Below, one piece after another: positions 39,402 through 53,589 of a stretch of 64,000 nucleotides of DNA (position 1 is its first letter; each line of letters starts with the position of its first letter). The DNA lies in assembly GCF_963921235.1 (NCBI RefSeq), contig NC_086097.1, forward strand, positions 188,730,001 to 188,794,000, written 5' to 3'. The stretch is from Mobula hypostoma. Its lineage: Eukaryota. Below the pieces are notes generated by a model. The model worked only from the letters and a program-made list of their open reading frames with translations. It was not told the origin of the DNA and did no database searches. The translations under genes were made by a program, and so were the position numbers.

Positions 39402-42400
39402 TAAGACTATCAGACAAAGGAGCAGAAGTCGGCCATTTGGACCAGCGAGTCTGCTCCGCCATTTTATCATGAGCTGATCCATTCTCCCATTTAGTCCCAC
39501 TCCCCTGCCTTCTCACCATAACCTTTGATGCCCTGGCTACTCAGATACCTATCAATCTCTGCCTTAAATACACCCAATGACTTGGCCTCCACTGCCGCCC
39601 GTGGCAACAAATTCCATAGATTCACCACCCTCTGGTTAAAAAAATTTCTTCGCATCTCTGTTCTGAATGGGCGCCCATCAATCGTTAAGTCATGCCCTCT
39701 TGTACTAGACTCCCCCATCATGGGAAACAACTTTGCCACATCCACTCTGTCCATGCCTTTCAACATTTGAAATGTTTCTATGAGGTCTCCCCTCATTCTT
39801 CTAAACTCCAAGGAATACAGTCCAAGAGCAGACAAACGTTCCTCATATGATAACCCTCTCATTCCCGGAATCATTCTAGTGAATCTTCTCTGTAGCCTCT
39901 CCAACGTCAGCACATCCTTTCTTAAATAAGGAGACCAAAACTGCCCACAGTACTCCGACTGAGGTCTCACCAGTGCCTTATAGAGCCTCAACATCACATC
40001 CCTGCTCCTATACTCTATTCCTCTAGAAATGAATGCCAACATTGCATTCGCCTTCCTCACCACCGACTCAACCTGGAGGTTAACTTTAAGGGAATCCTGT
40101 ACGAGGACTCCCAAGTCCCGTTGCATCTCAGAACTTTGAATTCTCTCCCCATTTAAATAATAGCCTGCCCATTTATTTCTTCTGCCAAAGTGCATAACCA
40201 TACACTTACCAACATTGTATTTCATTTGACTTCTTTGCCCATTCTTCCAATCTATCCAAGTCTCTCTGCAGACTCTGTTTCCTCAGCACTACTGGCCCCT
40301 CCGCCTATCTTCGTATCATCACCAAACTTAGCCACAAAGCCATCTATTCCATAATCCAAATCGTTGATGTACAACGTAAAAAGAAGTGGCCCCAACACAG
40401 ACCCCTGTGGAACACCACTGGTAACCGGCAGCCAACCAGAATAGGATCCCTTTATTCCCACTCTCTGTTTCCTGCCAATCAGCCAACGCCCTATCCACGT
40501 ATGTAACTTTCCTGTAATTTCATGGGCTCTTATCTTGTTAAGTAGCCTCATGTGTGGCACCTTGTCAAAGGCCTTCTGAAAATCCAAATATATAACATCC
40601 ACTACATCTCGCTTGCCTAACCTACTTGTAATTTCCTCAAAAAATTGCAATAGGTTTGTCAGGCAGGATTTTCCTTTAAGGAAACCATGCTTGTTCTGTC
40701 TATCTTGTCCTATGCCTCCAGGTACTCTGTAACCTCATCCTTGACAATGGACTCCAACAACTTCCCAACCACCGATGTCAAGCTAACAGGTCTATAATTT
40801 CCTTTTTGCTTCATGCCCCCTTCTTAAATAGTGGAATAACATGTGCAATCTTCCAGTCCTCCGGAACCATGCCAGATTCTATCGACATTTGAAAGATCAT
40901 CGCTAATGCCTCTGCAGTCTGCACAGCTACTTCCTCCAGAACACGAGGGTGCATTCCATCTGGTCCAGGAGATTTATGTACCTTTAGGCTATTCAGCTTC
41001 CTGAGTACTTTCTCTGTCACAATTGTGACTGTGCACACTTCTTTTCCCTGACACCCCTGAGTGTCCGGTATACTGCTGGTGTCTTCCCCAGTGAAGACTG
41101 ATGCAAAATACTCGTTCAGTTCCTCCACCATCTCCTTATCTCCCATTACAATTTCACCAGCATCATTTTCTATTGGTCCTCTATCTACTCTCACCTGTCC
41201 TTTACTCTTTATATACTTGAAAAAGCTTTTAGTATCCTCCTTGATATTATTTGCGAGCTTCCTTTCATAGTTCATCTTTTCCCTCTTAATGACCTTCTTA
41301 GTTTCCTTTTGTAAGCTTTTAAAAACTTCCCAATCCTCTGTCTTCCCACCAATTTTTGCTTCCTTGTATGCACTCTCCTTTCCTTTAACTTTGGCTTTGA
41401 CTTCTCTTGTCAGCCACAGTTGCATCCTTTTTCCATTCGAAAATTTGTCTTGCACCTTCCTCACTTCTCGCATAAACTCCAGCCACTGCTGCTCTGCCGT
41501 CCCTCCCGCCAGTGTCCCTTTCCAGTCAACTTTGGCCAGTTCCTCTCTCATGCCACTATAATTCCCTTTACTCCACTGAAATACCGACACATTGGATTTC
41601 GGCTTCTCTTTTTCAAATTTCACAGTGAACTCAATCATGTTATGATCACTGCCTCCTAAGGGTTCCTTCACCTCAATCTCTCTAATTACCTCTAGTTCAT
41701 TACACAATACCCAATCCAGTACAGCCGATCCCCTAGTGGGCTCAACACCAAGCTGTTCTAAAAAGCCTTCTTGCAGACATTCTACAAATTCTCTCTCTTG
41801 AGATCCAGTGCCGACCTGATTTTCCCAATCCACTCGCATGTTAAAATCCCCCACAATTATCATAATACTGCCCTTCTGACAAGCCTTTTCTATTTCCTGT
41901 TGTAATTTGTCGTCCACATCCCTGCAGCTGTTTGGAGGCCTGTATATAACTGCCATCAGGGTCCTTTTACCCCTGCGATTTCTTAGCTCAACCCATGAAG
42001 ATTCTGCACCTTCCGATCCTATGTCACCTCTTTATAATGATTTTATATCATTTCTTACCAATAAAGCCACATCACCCCCTCTGCCTACCTTCCTACCCTT
42101 CCGATACACCGTGTATCCTTGGACGTTCAGCTCCCAGAGACATGCATCCTTTAGCCATGTCTCAGTGATGGCCACAATATCATAACTGCTAATTTGTAGC
42201 TGTACGACAAGATCATCCACCTTATTCCTTATGTTGCGTGCATTTAAGTATAACACCTTAAGACCAGTATTTGGTACTTTTCACTTTGATTGCACTGCAA
42301 CTCACCCCAATGGCTACTAATTTACCCAATCATCTGCCTGTCTTTCCTGACATCTTTACTGCTCACTATCTTAGATTTATTTCTGTTTTCCCCTTCCTCC

Positions 42401-43754
42401 GCTCTATCATTCGGGTTCCCATCCCCCTGCCAAATTAGCTTAAACCCTTCCTAACAGCTCTATTATACCTTCCCGCCAGGATATTGGTCCCCTTCGGGTT
42501 CAGGTATAACCTGTCCATTTTGAACAGGTCATACTTCCCCCAGAAGAGATCCCAATGACCCAAGAATCTGAAGCCCTACCCCCTGCACCAGTCTCTCAGC
42601 CATGCATTGATCTGCCTGATCCTACTATTCTTGCCCTCACTAGCACTTGGCACAGGTAGCAATCCCGAGATTACTACTCTGGAGGTCCTGCTTCTCAGCT
42701 TCCTTCCTAACTCCCGGAAATCTCTCTTCAGGACCTCCTCCCTTCTCCCATCTATGTCATTGGTACCAACATGTTCCAAGACAACTGGCTGCTCACCCTT
42801 TCCCTTCAGAATATTCTGGACCCGATCCAAGGCATCCCATACCCTGGCACCTGGGAGGCAACACACCATGCGGGTATCTCTATCAGGCTCACAGAATCTC
42901 CTGTCTGTTCCCCTGACTATGGAATCCCCTATGACTACCGCATTCCTCTTCTCCCGCCTTCCCTCCTGCACAACAGCCAGGCTGAGTGCCAGAGACCCAG
43001 TCACCGTGGGTGTCCCCTGTCAGGTCATCCCCTTCAACAGCATCCAGAACAAGATATTTGTTGCTGAGGGGGATAGCCACAGGGGTGTTCTCCACTATTG
43101 GGGCATTTTCCTTCCCTCTCCTGACAGTCACCCAGTTTTCTAACCCCTGTAGCCTAGGGATGACTACCTCCCTGTATCTCCTGTCTATCACCTCTTCAGT
43201 TTCCCTAATAAGCAGTAGGTCATCAAGCTGCAGCTCCAGATCCCTAACACGGTCTCTGAGGAGCTTCATCTCGATGCAACTGGCACAGATATTGCCATCA
43301 GGGAGGCTGGAGGTCTCCCAGGATTCCCACATCTGACACCCTGAACAAAGCACTAACCCTGCAGGCATGCTATCTAATGCTACAGGAATGAAACAGGAAA
43401 AATAAGTCTACTCACCCACTTACCTTGACAAACAGTCGAACTTTTTAAACCGTTAGCTCGTACTGTTAGCTGTGAGAACCCTGCTGTTCCTGTCTGTCTG
43501 GGCCGATTCGCAAAGGGGAAAAAAAAAGAGTTGGTTGCCTTGCTCTCACCTTTTCCCGTTACCGCCAAAGCCCGTTGAAGCCAAAGCCCCACACTCTGCT
43601 GCCCGCTGTATAGGGTGGTCTCCTTTTTAAACTCTCCGCGCTGTCCTGTCTATGTCACACGCCTGCGCAGTCTCGTCCTTCTTGCACTCGAAGCCAAAAA
43701 CTGCCTTCCTTCAGAATTCAGCTCCCACACCGCTCTGCTTGTCCCAATCCAAAA
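39402..43754 (-). mobile_element. Apparently full-length CR1 LINE (5'UTR, ORF1 Zn-finger/esterase, ORF2 APE-RT) with inactivating mutations
   Basis: ORF1 CSGC..CASC, GDSIVRG, HVGTND; ORF2 YLNARNI, IVAITETWL, VGDFN, GSDH, SPGPDG, KAFDKVPH, FGDDTK; short TSD-like gtcca at 39397-39401 and 43755-43759. Confidence 0.93.
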
Positions 43755-45991
43755 GTCCACATTACAAAATGTTTTTCCCCGAGGTTTGCACAAATATCCT
43801 CTATCCTAGGCAGAGGGTATTGATCTACTTTCAAGTACTGGGTTAATGGTGACCTTAAAATTACCACAGATTCCGATAGACTCATTTTTCTTGACTACTG
43901 GAACTGCAGGTGTTGCCCATGGGCTCCACTCTACCTTGAAGAGAATTCCTTCAGTCTCCATATGATCAAGCTCAAAGGTATAAAGAACCATTCTTTGCAA
44001 AACCTGGGTGTGGCACTTTCAATTAACACCATTTTAGCTTTGATATGTTTTGATTTTTCCAATGCCATTCTTGATCACTGCTGATGCATCATTTAGTATC
44101 TTTCTTAATTCACTTTCTGTTGACTGTCTTGTCATGGATATGGCATGCCAATAGTGGATGGATCTCCAATTAAGTTGTAGTTGTCTCAGCCAATCACAGC
44201 CCCACAATGCTGGCCTTCCTGTTTTTACCACATACAAGCCCAATGTGGCTTGTTGGTTGTTTTATTTCACTGCCAAATGTCATTCCCACAGGAGTTATCT
44301 CTTACCCAGTATAAATTCATAGTTGGATATTTGTAGGCTTCAGTTTAGTATCTATGAAATGCCAAACACATTTTGTGGAATGACTCAAAACAGTTGAACC
44401 AGTGTCCAATTCCACTTTAATTAATTTGCCATTCAATTTTGGTGTAAACTATATTGATTGTCCTTTGTTGGTTTTCACACGTGAGATCTCAAGGCTACTC
44501 AGTCTCGTGTCACTCTCATCATTATCAGATTTTTTCATCAACAGCATGCAGATTAGTAATTTTTTTGAAAATGCAATTTGACTTTTTATCTTTTTCTCTT
44601 CACTGTGTTTTTGTTTACCTGACATACTTTTTGTACATGTCCTACTTTATTGCATTTTCTGCAAGTTTCACCTTTAAACCTGCATTGGTCTAATATATGT
44701 GAGCCCTGCCACAATGGTAACATTATCTGTTTGTTGAAATTTTGTTCACACTCACTTTCACTCCTGACTGCAACTCAATTGCATCCCTGTTTGCTAGTTC
44801 CATTGATACAGCAATTTCAACTGCTCTTGTAAATGTTAGTTGTTCTTCAGTCAGGAGCCATTTTTGAATGCATTCTTGTAAGAATCCACAAACTAAATAA
44901 TCTCATAGTTCATCAATAAGCCCATCTCTAAACTGGCAACCTTCCAACAATCTCTTCAATTCAGCCATGTATGAAGAAATTGTCTTCCTTTCCTTTTAAT
45001 TCTGTTTATGAAACCTACATCACTCTGCAATCAATAATGGTTTCAGTTCTAAACCTCTCTGCATTACTTTCACAATATCAGCAAAGCACATTTCAGCTGG
45101 TTTGGTTAGAGCAGTTAAACTTCTAAGCAAACTATATGCCTTTAAACCTAATTCACTCAGCAAAACTGGCACTTGCTTCTCCTCGCCCATTACTGCTCAA
45201 TTAGCTCAGTATATATATTCCAGTTATCTCTTGTGCAGTTGAATGCATCTATCTTTCTGATGTAGCCAGCCATTCCTTCTTTTTCAAAAAAAATGTATTT
45301 ATGATTATCACCCAGTACTCACTGCTTATGAACCCATGAAGTTGTCCCATTTTCTGCCCTTCTTTTTAAACTCGACTAGCTCTGTCACTTCCTGAAGAAG
45401 CATTTGCAGCACTGTTTTTTTTTACTTGACCATTTGTCACTGCACTGCAACAGGTAACGGGTTTAAAATTTTCTCTTTGGCATTGTATACTTTTATCTCC
45501 AAAATATAAAATTAATTGAAAGGAAAACACAGATGGGAATAACATCTCTACTTAGTTTCATTTTTACTTTAGCAAGAAGTGCACTTCTGACATGGTGATA
45601 GATGACGTAGACCATTCATGTACTTTTACATATAACCCTTAATGAAATATGTAAACAAAGAATGCATAATCAATATATTTACAATACTGAACGATTTAAT
45701 ACACTACTATATAAGTAACAACTTGCATCAGAAATATTCCAACTACTACTTTTATATGTCAACAATATTCAGTCTTCCTATTGCACTGTCATACTTGTCC
45801 ATAACACAACAGAAGCTGCACGTATATAAGCACAATCACTTCCATTTTGTATTTATGATTTTCTTCCTATGTTGTCCAAAGTGATACACAATCTCTGACC
45901 AAGGTGTTAAGCAACTGATCTGCTTGCAGCACTCAAGTTGAACACAAAGAGAAACAGCAGAACCAGGTGACTTGCTCTCCAACTTTCTCAC

Positions 45992-46021
45992 CATGATCTC
46001 CATTATAAATTGTTCCCAGTC
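45992..46021 (-). other. Candidate 30-nt exon of the minus-strand host gene
   Basis: atttttttttgctcaag|GACTGGGAACAATTTATAATGGAGATCATG|gtgaga. Confidence 0.45.
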
Positions 46022-46439
46022 CTTGAGCAAAAAAAATCATAAAAATTATGCATCTACCAACGCACCAAAAATATTTATCTATACATTCTCATTACTGAGA
46101 CGTTCTACATTGTATTTCAAATTTTCAGTCGGTGTTTCTTTTCCTTAAAAGTTTCTGCTTGAATAATGTACAGTAAAATTTATCTTTCCTACCCTTTCTT
46201 TGTAAAACGATTATAACAGTCCTATTTACTGGCTATTTAACTCTTTCCAACTGTTTTATAAATAATAATCAAAAATAAAATCTATTTTATAATATGCAGA
46301 TATTTTATAATTGCATAAAAATAATTTGCCTATTAGTTGTATTTCATTTGTATTAAAAAATATTTAGTGTTTTTCTATTATTGTGACTTAGATGAAGATC
46401 AGACCATATCTTGAGTAATTACTGCAGAAGACCAGATAA

Positions 46440-47025
46440 TTAGAAACATAGAAAACATTGAAACATAGAAATCTACAGCACATTACAGGCCCTTCGGCCC
46501 ACAATGTTGTGCCAAACATGTAACCTACTCTAGAAACTGCCAAGAATTTCCTCCATTTTTCTAGGCCCTCTATTTTTCTAAGCTCCATGTACCTATCCAA
46601 GAGTCTCTTAAAAGACCCTATTGTATCTGCCCCTACCACTGTCGCTGGTAGTGCATTCCACGCACCCACCACTGTCTGTGTGAAAAAACTTAGCTCTGAC
46701 ATCCCCTCTGCACCTACTTCCAAGCACCTTAAACTATGCCCCCTCACGTAAGCCATTTCAGCCCTGGGAAAAAGCCTCTTGCTATCCACATGATCAATGC
46801 CTCTCATCTTACACACCTCTATCTGGTCACCTCTCATCTCCCAGCACTCCAAGGAGAAAAGGCCAAGTTCACTCAACCTCTTCTCATAAGGCATGCTCCC
46901 CAATCCAGACAACATCCTTGTAATCTCTGCACTCTCGCTACAGTATCCACCTATCTTCCTGTAGTGAGGCGACCAGAACTGAACACAGTACGCCAAGTGG
47001 GGTCTACCTCAGGTCTTATATAACT
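46440..47025 (-). mobile_element. CR1 LINE 3' fragment (TTCTATG-tail family)
   Basis: YCVQFWSPHYRK, RLSELGLFSLE, VVGAWNALP. Confidence 0.9.
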
Positions 47026-47624
47026 GTATATCTATTACAACGGGTTCACAATTTTTTTTCTTGCAACTATATTCTCTGTGAATTCCCAAAATGCAGTGTT
47101 GGGATGAAGTGGGAAACAAGCCTTCAGCCAACTTCAATGGATAATTCCTAGCCCCATAAATCTCCACATTACCCTCTATTTTATCACTAATCTTGTTGAA
47201 TTCTATTTCCCTTGTATCTTGTGATACAACACTTAGAGAGCTTTCATTTCCTCTCCTCTACCTTATCCTCCAAATTGGGTTGGGCAAGTCTCAATCTTGT
47301 TCTGAGACTTCAATTCAGTAACGTCTTGGTAAATCGTTGTGTGGGTTGTGATTTTATTACTCAGATATAATGTTGCAATATTCAATGGTTATGTTCTCTG
47401 ACTATCCACACCCTTTTTCACCCTACAAACTTGCCTTCCCCCTTCTCCAATGGAAAATGGCTGGTGAGAAAACTGATAGGAAGTTTTGTTCCACTAGTTT
47501 TAATAAATTATTCAAACTGAAAGGATCTGAACAATGGATTACAGCCTGACACAACTTCACATAGACACTGCTTGGCAGAAATGGATGCTAATTCTTTAAT
47601 TAAAGTGGTGCAAGGGCTCACACG

Positions 47625-48285
47625 TGTGATCCAATGGCCACCCATTTTAATTCCACTTCCTATTCCCATTTGGATATGTCCATCTATGACCTCCTCCAAT
47701 GCCAAGATAAGGTCACACTTGGGTTGGAAGAACAACACCTTGTATTCCGTTTGGGCAGCCTCCAACCTGATGGCACGAACATCGATTTCCCAAACTTCCA
47801 GTAATGCTTCCACCCCTCCCCCTTCACCATTTACCCTTGTCCCTCTATCATGTTATAAAGTATACTGTATAAAGTGTACTGAATAAGATTTACTTATTTT
47901 TTTTTCTTCTATATTATGTATTGCATTAAACTGCTGCTACTAAGTTAACAAATTTCACATCACATGCCGGTGATAATAAACCCGATTCTGATCTCCTTAC
48001 CACCCATCGCCTCCCTCTGGTGCTCTCCTCCCCATCCCTTTCTTCCAGGCCTTCAGTCCCTTTCACCAATCAACTTCTTAGCTCTTTGCTTCATCCCTCC
48101 CCCTCCAAGTTTCACCTATTGCTTGGTGTTTCTTTCTCCTTCCCCCATCTTTCAAATCTACTCCTCCGCCGTTTTTTCTCCAGTCCTGCCAAAGGGTTTC
48201 AGCTCGAAGGGTCAACTGTACATTTTTTCCCCACAGATGCTGCCTGGCCTGCAGAGTTCCTCCAGCATTTTGTGTGTGTTCTGCT
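47625..48285 (+). mobile_element. Penelope 3' fragment with degenerate hammerhead (~48180-48220)
   Basis: PMATHFNSTSYSH..EEQHLVFRLGSLQPDG; terminus atgctgcctggcctgcagagttcctccagc. Confidence 0.8.
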
Positions 48286-51200
48286 TACAAGAGTGACTTC
48301 CAGCCAGTCTGAACAGCTGTCAAATAATTCCAAAAACTGGCCCACTCCTTTAAATAACGGTGGATAAGAATCTGTGGAAAATGTTGAATACATCCCCCTA
48401 AAGCAGGACTTCAAGTGTGGAAGTATCTGTCAAGACAATCTTAACATTCTGTACACCAACTAGCTAAGCTTTTGTATCTGAAAATACCAGGTCAATAGAC
48501 AAATTCTCTGGCCATTCCTTTCCTTCTTACAATACCCAAGTGTCGTACATGGAACTCTTCCATTGCCATCTCCTGACATTCTTCCAAGATCACAGTGTCA
48601 GCAGATTATACAACACTGATTAGTATTCATTCACACTGTAAGATACTTCCTGTCTTTTGACAGACCTGTGTCTGGATCCATCCATTCAATGAGTGTGTAT
48701 TCATATACTTGTTTTAAAATAAAGTTTTGGTTTGCAAAGGTCTATTTTAATGGAAACATTATCTCAAATCTGTACAACATGAACTTTGTTTTTATACAAA
48801 ATAAACTTTATTCATAATAAAAGGCTACTTACACAAATAAATTGTTCAATACCTTTTCATTCTTTACATAGTCAGTATATTCTATACCATTCTATTACAT
48901 CCATACACATTAATATCCCTGCTGCCATTCATGTGGCACTCTGGAGTTGTTTCCTAACTATCACAATAATTGAGGGCTTCCTCCCACCCCACCAAGCTCC
49001 CCCCTCTCCAGTAGAAGAATCCTACACCGTGGTCCTTCCCCACACAAAGTTTGTTCTCTACCCTCATTATAGCCTCTTCATCAAGTAGTCTTGACAAAGC
49101 ACTGGTGTAGCAATTTGTCTTCATGTTCTTTATTCAATATCATAGTCACGCTGACATGGTAAAACGGCCCATCTCCTCATCTGCCAATCAGCCATTTTAG
49201 ACCCAGTATAGCAGAGATCTGTGGTCAATAAAGAGTCTTTTGAGCACGAAGTTTGTAGAACTTTGTAACTCCAGATCACCAAAGTCTCTCTTTAGATTTG
49301 CATGCATCTTATTTCACTTTGAGATATGGACCACAATAGGCCTCTCACCTTCTCAAGTACACAATCCACAGCTCAAGTAATATATTCAGAAGCATTGCAA
49401 ACCAGTTTCAACACATAGTTGGTGTTGCAATACGTTAAAAAGATTCACTTCCAAGGCATTTCTCAGATAGATCATCAGTATTTTGTTGATCCTTATGCCA
49501 TAGCTATGGTCCCATCATCCCTCAATAGCTTAACATATCAACTCTGTAGAAAAAATAATCAGCAGAATTACCTTGGTAACAATTTTTGGGTTTGCCCCCA
49601 TTGCCTCTATTTTCTATTTCACTACCCATTGTTCTTTTTCATCTATTTTCAGACTTAATTAAGTACTTTAGTTTTGTCCACCTTGAATATCAGATATTGA
49701 GTACCGCCCCCTCATTTTGTACCACTTTTGACATATTTGTTTTGCTCTTTAAATGCACTTACACAGGCTTTTAAGGATTCACATATACATAAACCCCAAC
49801 CTATCCCCTTGTCCTCTTGTATGTATATAAATATATGAATCCTTACAAGCCTGCTTAAACCTGGTTATGACCAATATATTTTCCAATCCATTTTCAACTA
49901 ATCTCTTCCCTAATAGGGCAGTTTTTGTTAAGTATAGTCAGTCACTATAATTAGTAGTCTTGCCATCTGTCCATTATAAAGGATCAGATTTGTCATTTTT
50001 CTTAACCTTCTCAGGGCATCATCAAAATATATCATAAGAACTTGAGGTGTTTCAAATGTTTGAAACATTGGAGTAATTCAGGTTAAAGAGAAAATGGCAC
50101 AGAACCGGAGATGAGGCCAGAATTGATCAGCGATAATTATACTGAATGACAGGATAAGCTTAAGAAGCCAGATGGCCTACTGCTGCCCGTTTTCTTGTGT
50201 CCTCACCAATGGCAGCCTACTGCATTTCTAAATAGAAATGTCCCTTCTTGCAACAAAACAGTCTATGGCTGTCAGCAATCAGCAATCCTGATTTCCAATG
50301 CAACTAGATGCAGTAGTTTGGCAACTTTCATACAATTGTGTGTTTCTTTGTCCTATGGAGAATCAAGGTGGAGGGTCAGGATCACACAAGTATCAACAAT
50401 TAATTTGAGGGACAAGGTTGCCTGATGTTTTTACATACAGCCATTGTCTTTCTCAATATTACTACTCATCTGGAAAACATCATGTTCTCAAACACACATC
50501 CAGCCCCACATTTTATCATAGCCTGTCAAATTTCCAGTAAACACAGTTGGGGACTGGCCTAGCATTACATATTATTGTCCCCCCAGTTAGGATGGTACAT
50601 TTTCTCCTTCCGGTCCAATATTCAACTCACTGTACTCATTTCTGTTTCCTAAATTCACCCCACCAATGTAAGCAATCTAGTTGCTTTGGCTGTGAATCTT
50701 TGCAATCTCATCCTTATCACTAGTGAGTCTCTAATAACCAAAGGCAGGTACACAAGAGAATGAAGTGCAAAACAAAATGCATACTCCCTTATTTATGGGC
50801 TCCCCACAGAAGGCACCTATGGAAATTTCTCTCAACATTAATACAACCCTAAGAACAGTTAGCAAAATAATACAATCTTTAAAGTATTAACATCCTTAAT
50901 CATTATTACATACCCTATCACATTTAACCTTACTTTTAATCAAGATAAGTACATGTAAAAATAGCAAATTTGTGTCTTATTTAATTATTCTCAACCTTTT
51001 ACCAATTCAAAAGTACATGACCTGAGGATGATCATAAATGCAATTCAATGTGAATTAGCAGCAAATTAAAGTCCTTCAACTCTGTTGTGCAATAATTGGA
51101 CAAGCTGCAATCCTAATGCACTCTGGTCAAAATAAATAGTATTCTGTACCACAAAGTTAATAGTTTCAGGAGATACAGAAAATGTCTGCAAAGTGAAAGG

Positions 51201-52339
51201 CCAGCTGGTTTAAGCTTCTAATGGGTAATATATTTTAAGACATGCATTGCAGATTTGAGAAGAGTCAGACTTTTGATTTTAAAGAATCTCATGTTTTAAT
51301 GACATTTACATTAATTAGTCTAGTAGACAGTCTTCAAAAACAATGTCTTGAGAAATTCAAAAAGTACTTTGGGCAATTGGACTTCTGGTAAACAATAGCC
51401 TCTTATGTAATCAAAACACGAAAACAAAGCCTCATGTATACTAATATTAACACTGGAAGATATGGAACTATGCCCTCAACAACTCACTCTTGTAGAAATT
51501 AAGTTTAATTTCCATGCTACTTAAATTTAGTGAAGCATAGTAGTTTTGAAAAGGTTAATCCGTACGAATTCAGTAATATATCAAAGATATTTTATCCCGG
51601 CAGACAGAGCACAACAACTATAATTTTCCTTTTCAAATAGGAATAATAAAAATCCGTCAGTAACATTATAATTACGAAACTAAAACCGCGCATCAGCTGT
51701 TTTTTCGAAGACAACGTTGGGCCTACAAAAGCCCCGCGAAAGAGATGCTGCAATGTTTTATTTCCGACAGCAGTGGCAGAAGAATCCAGGAATTATCCGA
51801 TTTGGGAGTTTGCATACATGTGGGGAAGGGTACAGCTACAGCTAACAGAAGTTCGGAAAACATTTTAAAAAAACGAAATAATTCCATAAAACGTTCAAAA
51901 ATGGTCAGAACTTGCAAAATGTCTTCTCTCTCAAATTACACAAGACTCTACGCAGGTTGACTCAGCTTCTGATCAAAAACACTCATCCACAAGAACAAGA
52001 CGTTCTGCTGTTGCTTCGTCATGGTCATGGACACTGATTGCGAGGCGAGCAGTGTACAGTTAGAACTGCAGTAGTCCTCTCACAAGCAAGTCCACCTTTC
52101 CTGTCCCTCCCCGTTCGGGCGCAGAGACCAGACACTGATGCCTTCCATCGTGGTACAAATCTAGGCAGGCTCAGTTTCCTTGCATCTAAGAACTGGATAA
52201 GCGAGGAACAAGCCCTAGGATCCGACCAACGGCCATGAAAACCCAGTGCCAGAGAAATCATACTGCAATTGCCCCGTCATTTGACACTAAGTTTTATTAA
52301 TAACACCGATCTATTTGTTTTGTTTTTACACAATCCGGA

Positions 52340-53010
52340 TTGAGCGAGCTCTAAACTCAGCTTTGTTTGGCTCGGCGATACGCCGGTTGGGGGAAGGGGT
52401 AAACGTTTGCTTGTTACCCCCGGTCCGAGAGCAGAAGGGCAAATATTTAGCGGGGCGAGTGTCTACCCGCCTCTACACTCTGGCCCGAAACTCGGCCGCA
52501 CGCCCTCGCACCCTCAGATGGTGTCATAGGCCCGGACGGGCACTCATCGATATTTTTAAAGAGCGCACATAACCGGCCTCCTCCCTGTTGACAGCCCGGG
52601 GCTCGGGTAATAACTGTGACCGAATCCTGCTCTCGGCCTGAACAAGCGACAGACAGCGCCCCCCCTCCCCACACAAACAACGGCGACGGTCCCCCCCGCC
52701 AGGCCCGTGCCTCTCACCGAATCTAAGGCCTCCTCCTCCTCCCAGGCGCTACCGTTCCGGCTTCCTACTCTCCGATTCTCCGCTCCTCCGTGTAGCCCCG
52801 TTCTCCGATTCCCATTGCCGGCACCGACACCGCGTGCGCGCATCCGCGCCCGCGCGCGTACCCACACCCTCCTCTCCCCGTCGGAATCGGCGCTCATCGT
52901 TGGGAGTCGTGGGGACGCGCTTGCGAGCGGTGAAGTTTGCTTCACGGCTCCGGTTAAGAGACGAATGTTAACGATCGGGTCACCCGGGTGCAGTCACCCT
53001 GCACCCTCCT
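52340..53010. promoter_or_regulatory. CpG island / probable promoter
   Basis: Dense CpG and GC in unique DNA; NRF1-like GCGCGCATCCGCGC at ~52836-52849; ETS-like CCGGAA (minus strand) at ~52755. Confidence 0.85.
52718..52897 (-). other. Candidate first exon of an unidentified host gene (5' end uncertain)
   Basis: Donor TTAGATTCG|gtgaga at 52718 inside the CpG island; ATG at 52897 is open to the donor (60 codons). Confidence 0.55.
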
Positions 53011-53589
53011 GAAGATACATATTTAGTTGCAGACAAATATCCTGAAGGGAGATTTACCTTTGTGGCAACCTGTACCATAAGACCGGCTTTTGATAAGTTA
53101 AAGGTCAAACATCCATTGAGTAAGGATGCTGAAATGTGGACATACTGCGCTAATGCTATCTGGAACTGGTAACAACATGGGATCTGGGATGGAAGGTGAT
53201 AAACCTGTTATATCAATTCAAGGAGGCTTTCGGCTTTTTTTCTTCTTCAGTGACAGTGGGTACAAGGCGCCTGCAGCTGCGGTTTTAGGATTTAAGGGAA
53301 CAATGAAAACTATCCATGATGATCCCGAATGGAGCTGAAACAAGTTAACTGCTTCAAAGGTGTGCGTGCAATGTCGGCTGAAATGTTACAAAGACCGCGT
53401 CGAAAAAAATAGCTCGACTTTTTGACTAATGCTGTCAACTTGCGGTTTAGGTGATGGGCTTTTTGGGAGGATTTAAAGTTATAGAATTTAGGACGGGTGA
53501 TTCAACTTGCTCTTCACATTTCTTCTCTGAACATTCCTCTGCTCTGAACCCCTACTGGAGCAATATTATTTGAACTTTCATAAGGCCTT

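Larger units (their letters stand above)
35965..45708 (-). mobile_element. Decayed Gypsy/Ty3 LTR retrotransposon with both LTRs, hosting three nested insertions
   Basis: Diverged direct repeats ~35965-36150 and ~45484-45708; polypurine tract next to 36150; gag-like remnants ~44600-45280; pol motifs WSPWATPAVPVVKK, ICGNFKVTINP, AEAYLQM, CYVDGIIVTG, KLACDAS. Confidence 0.8.
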
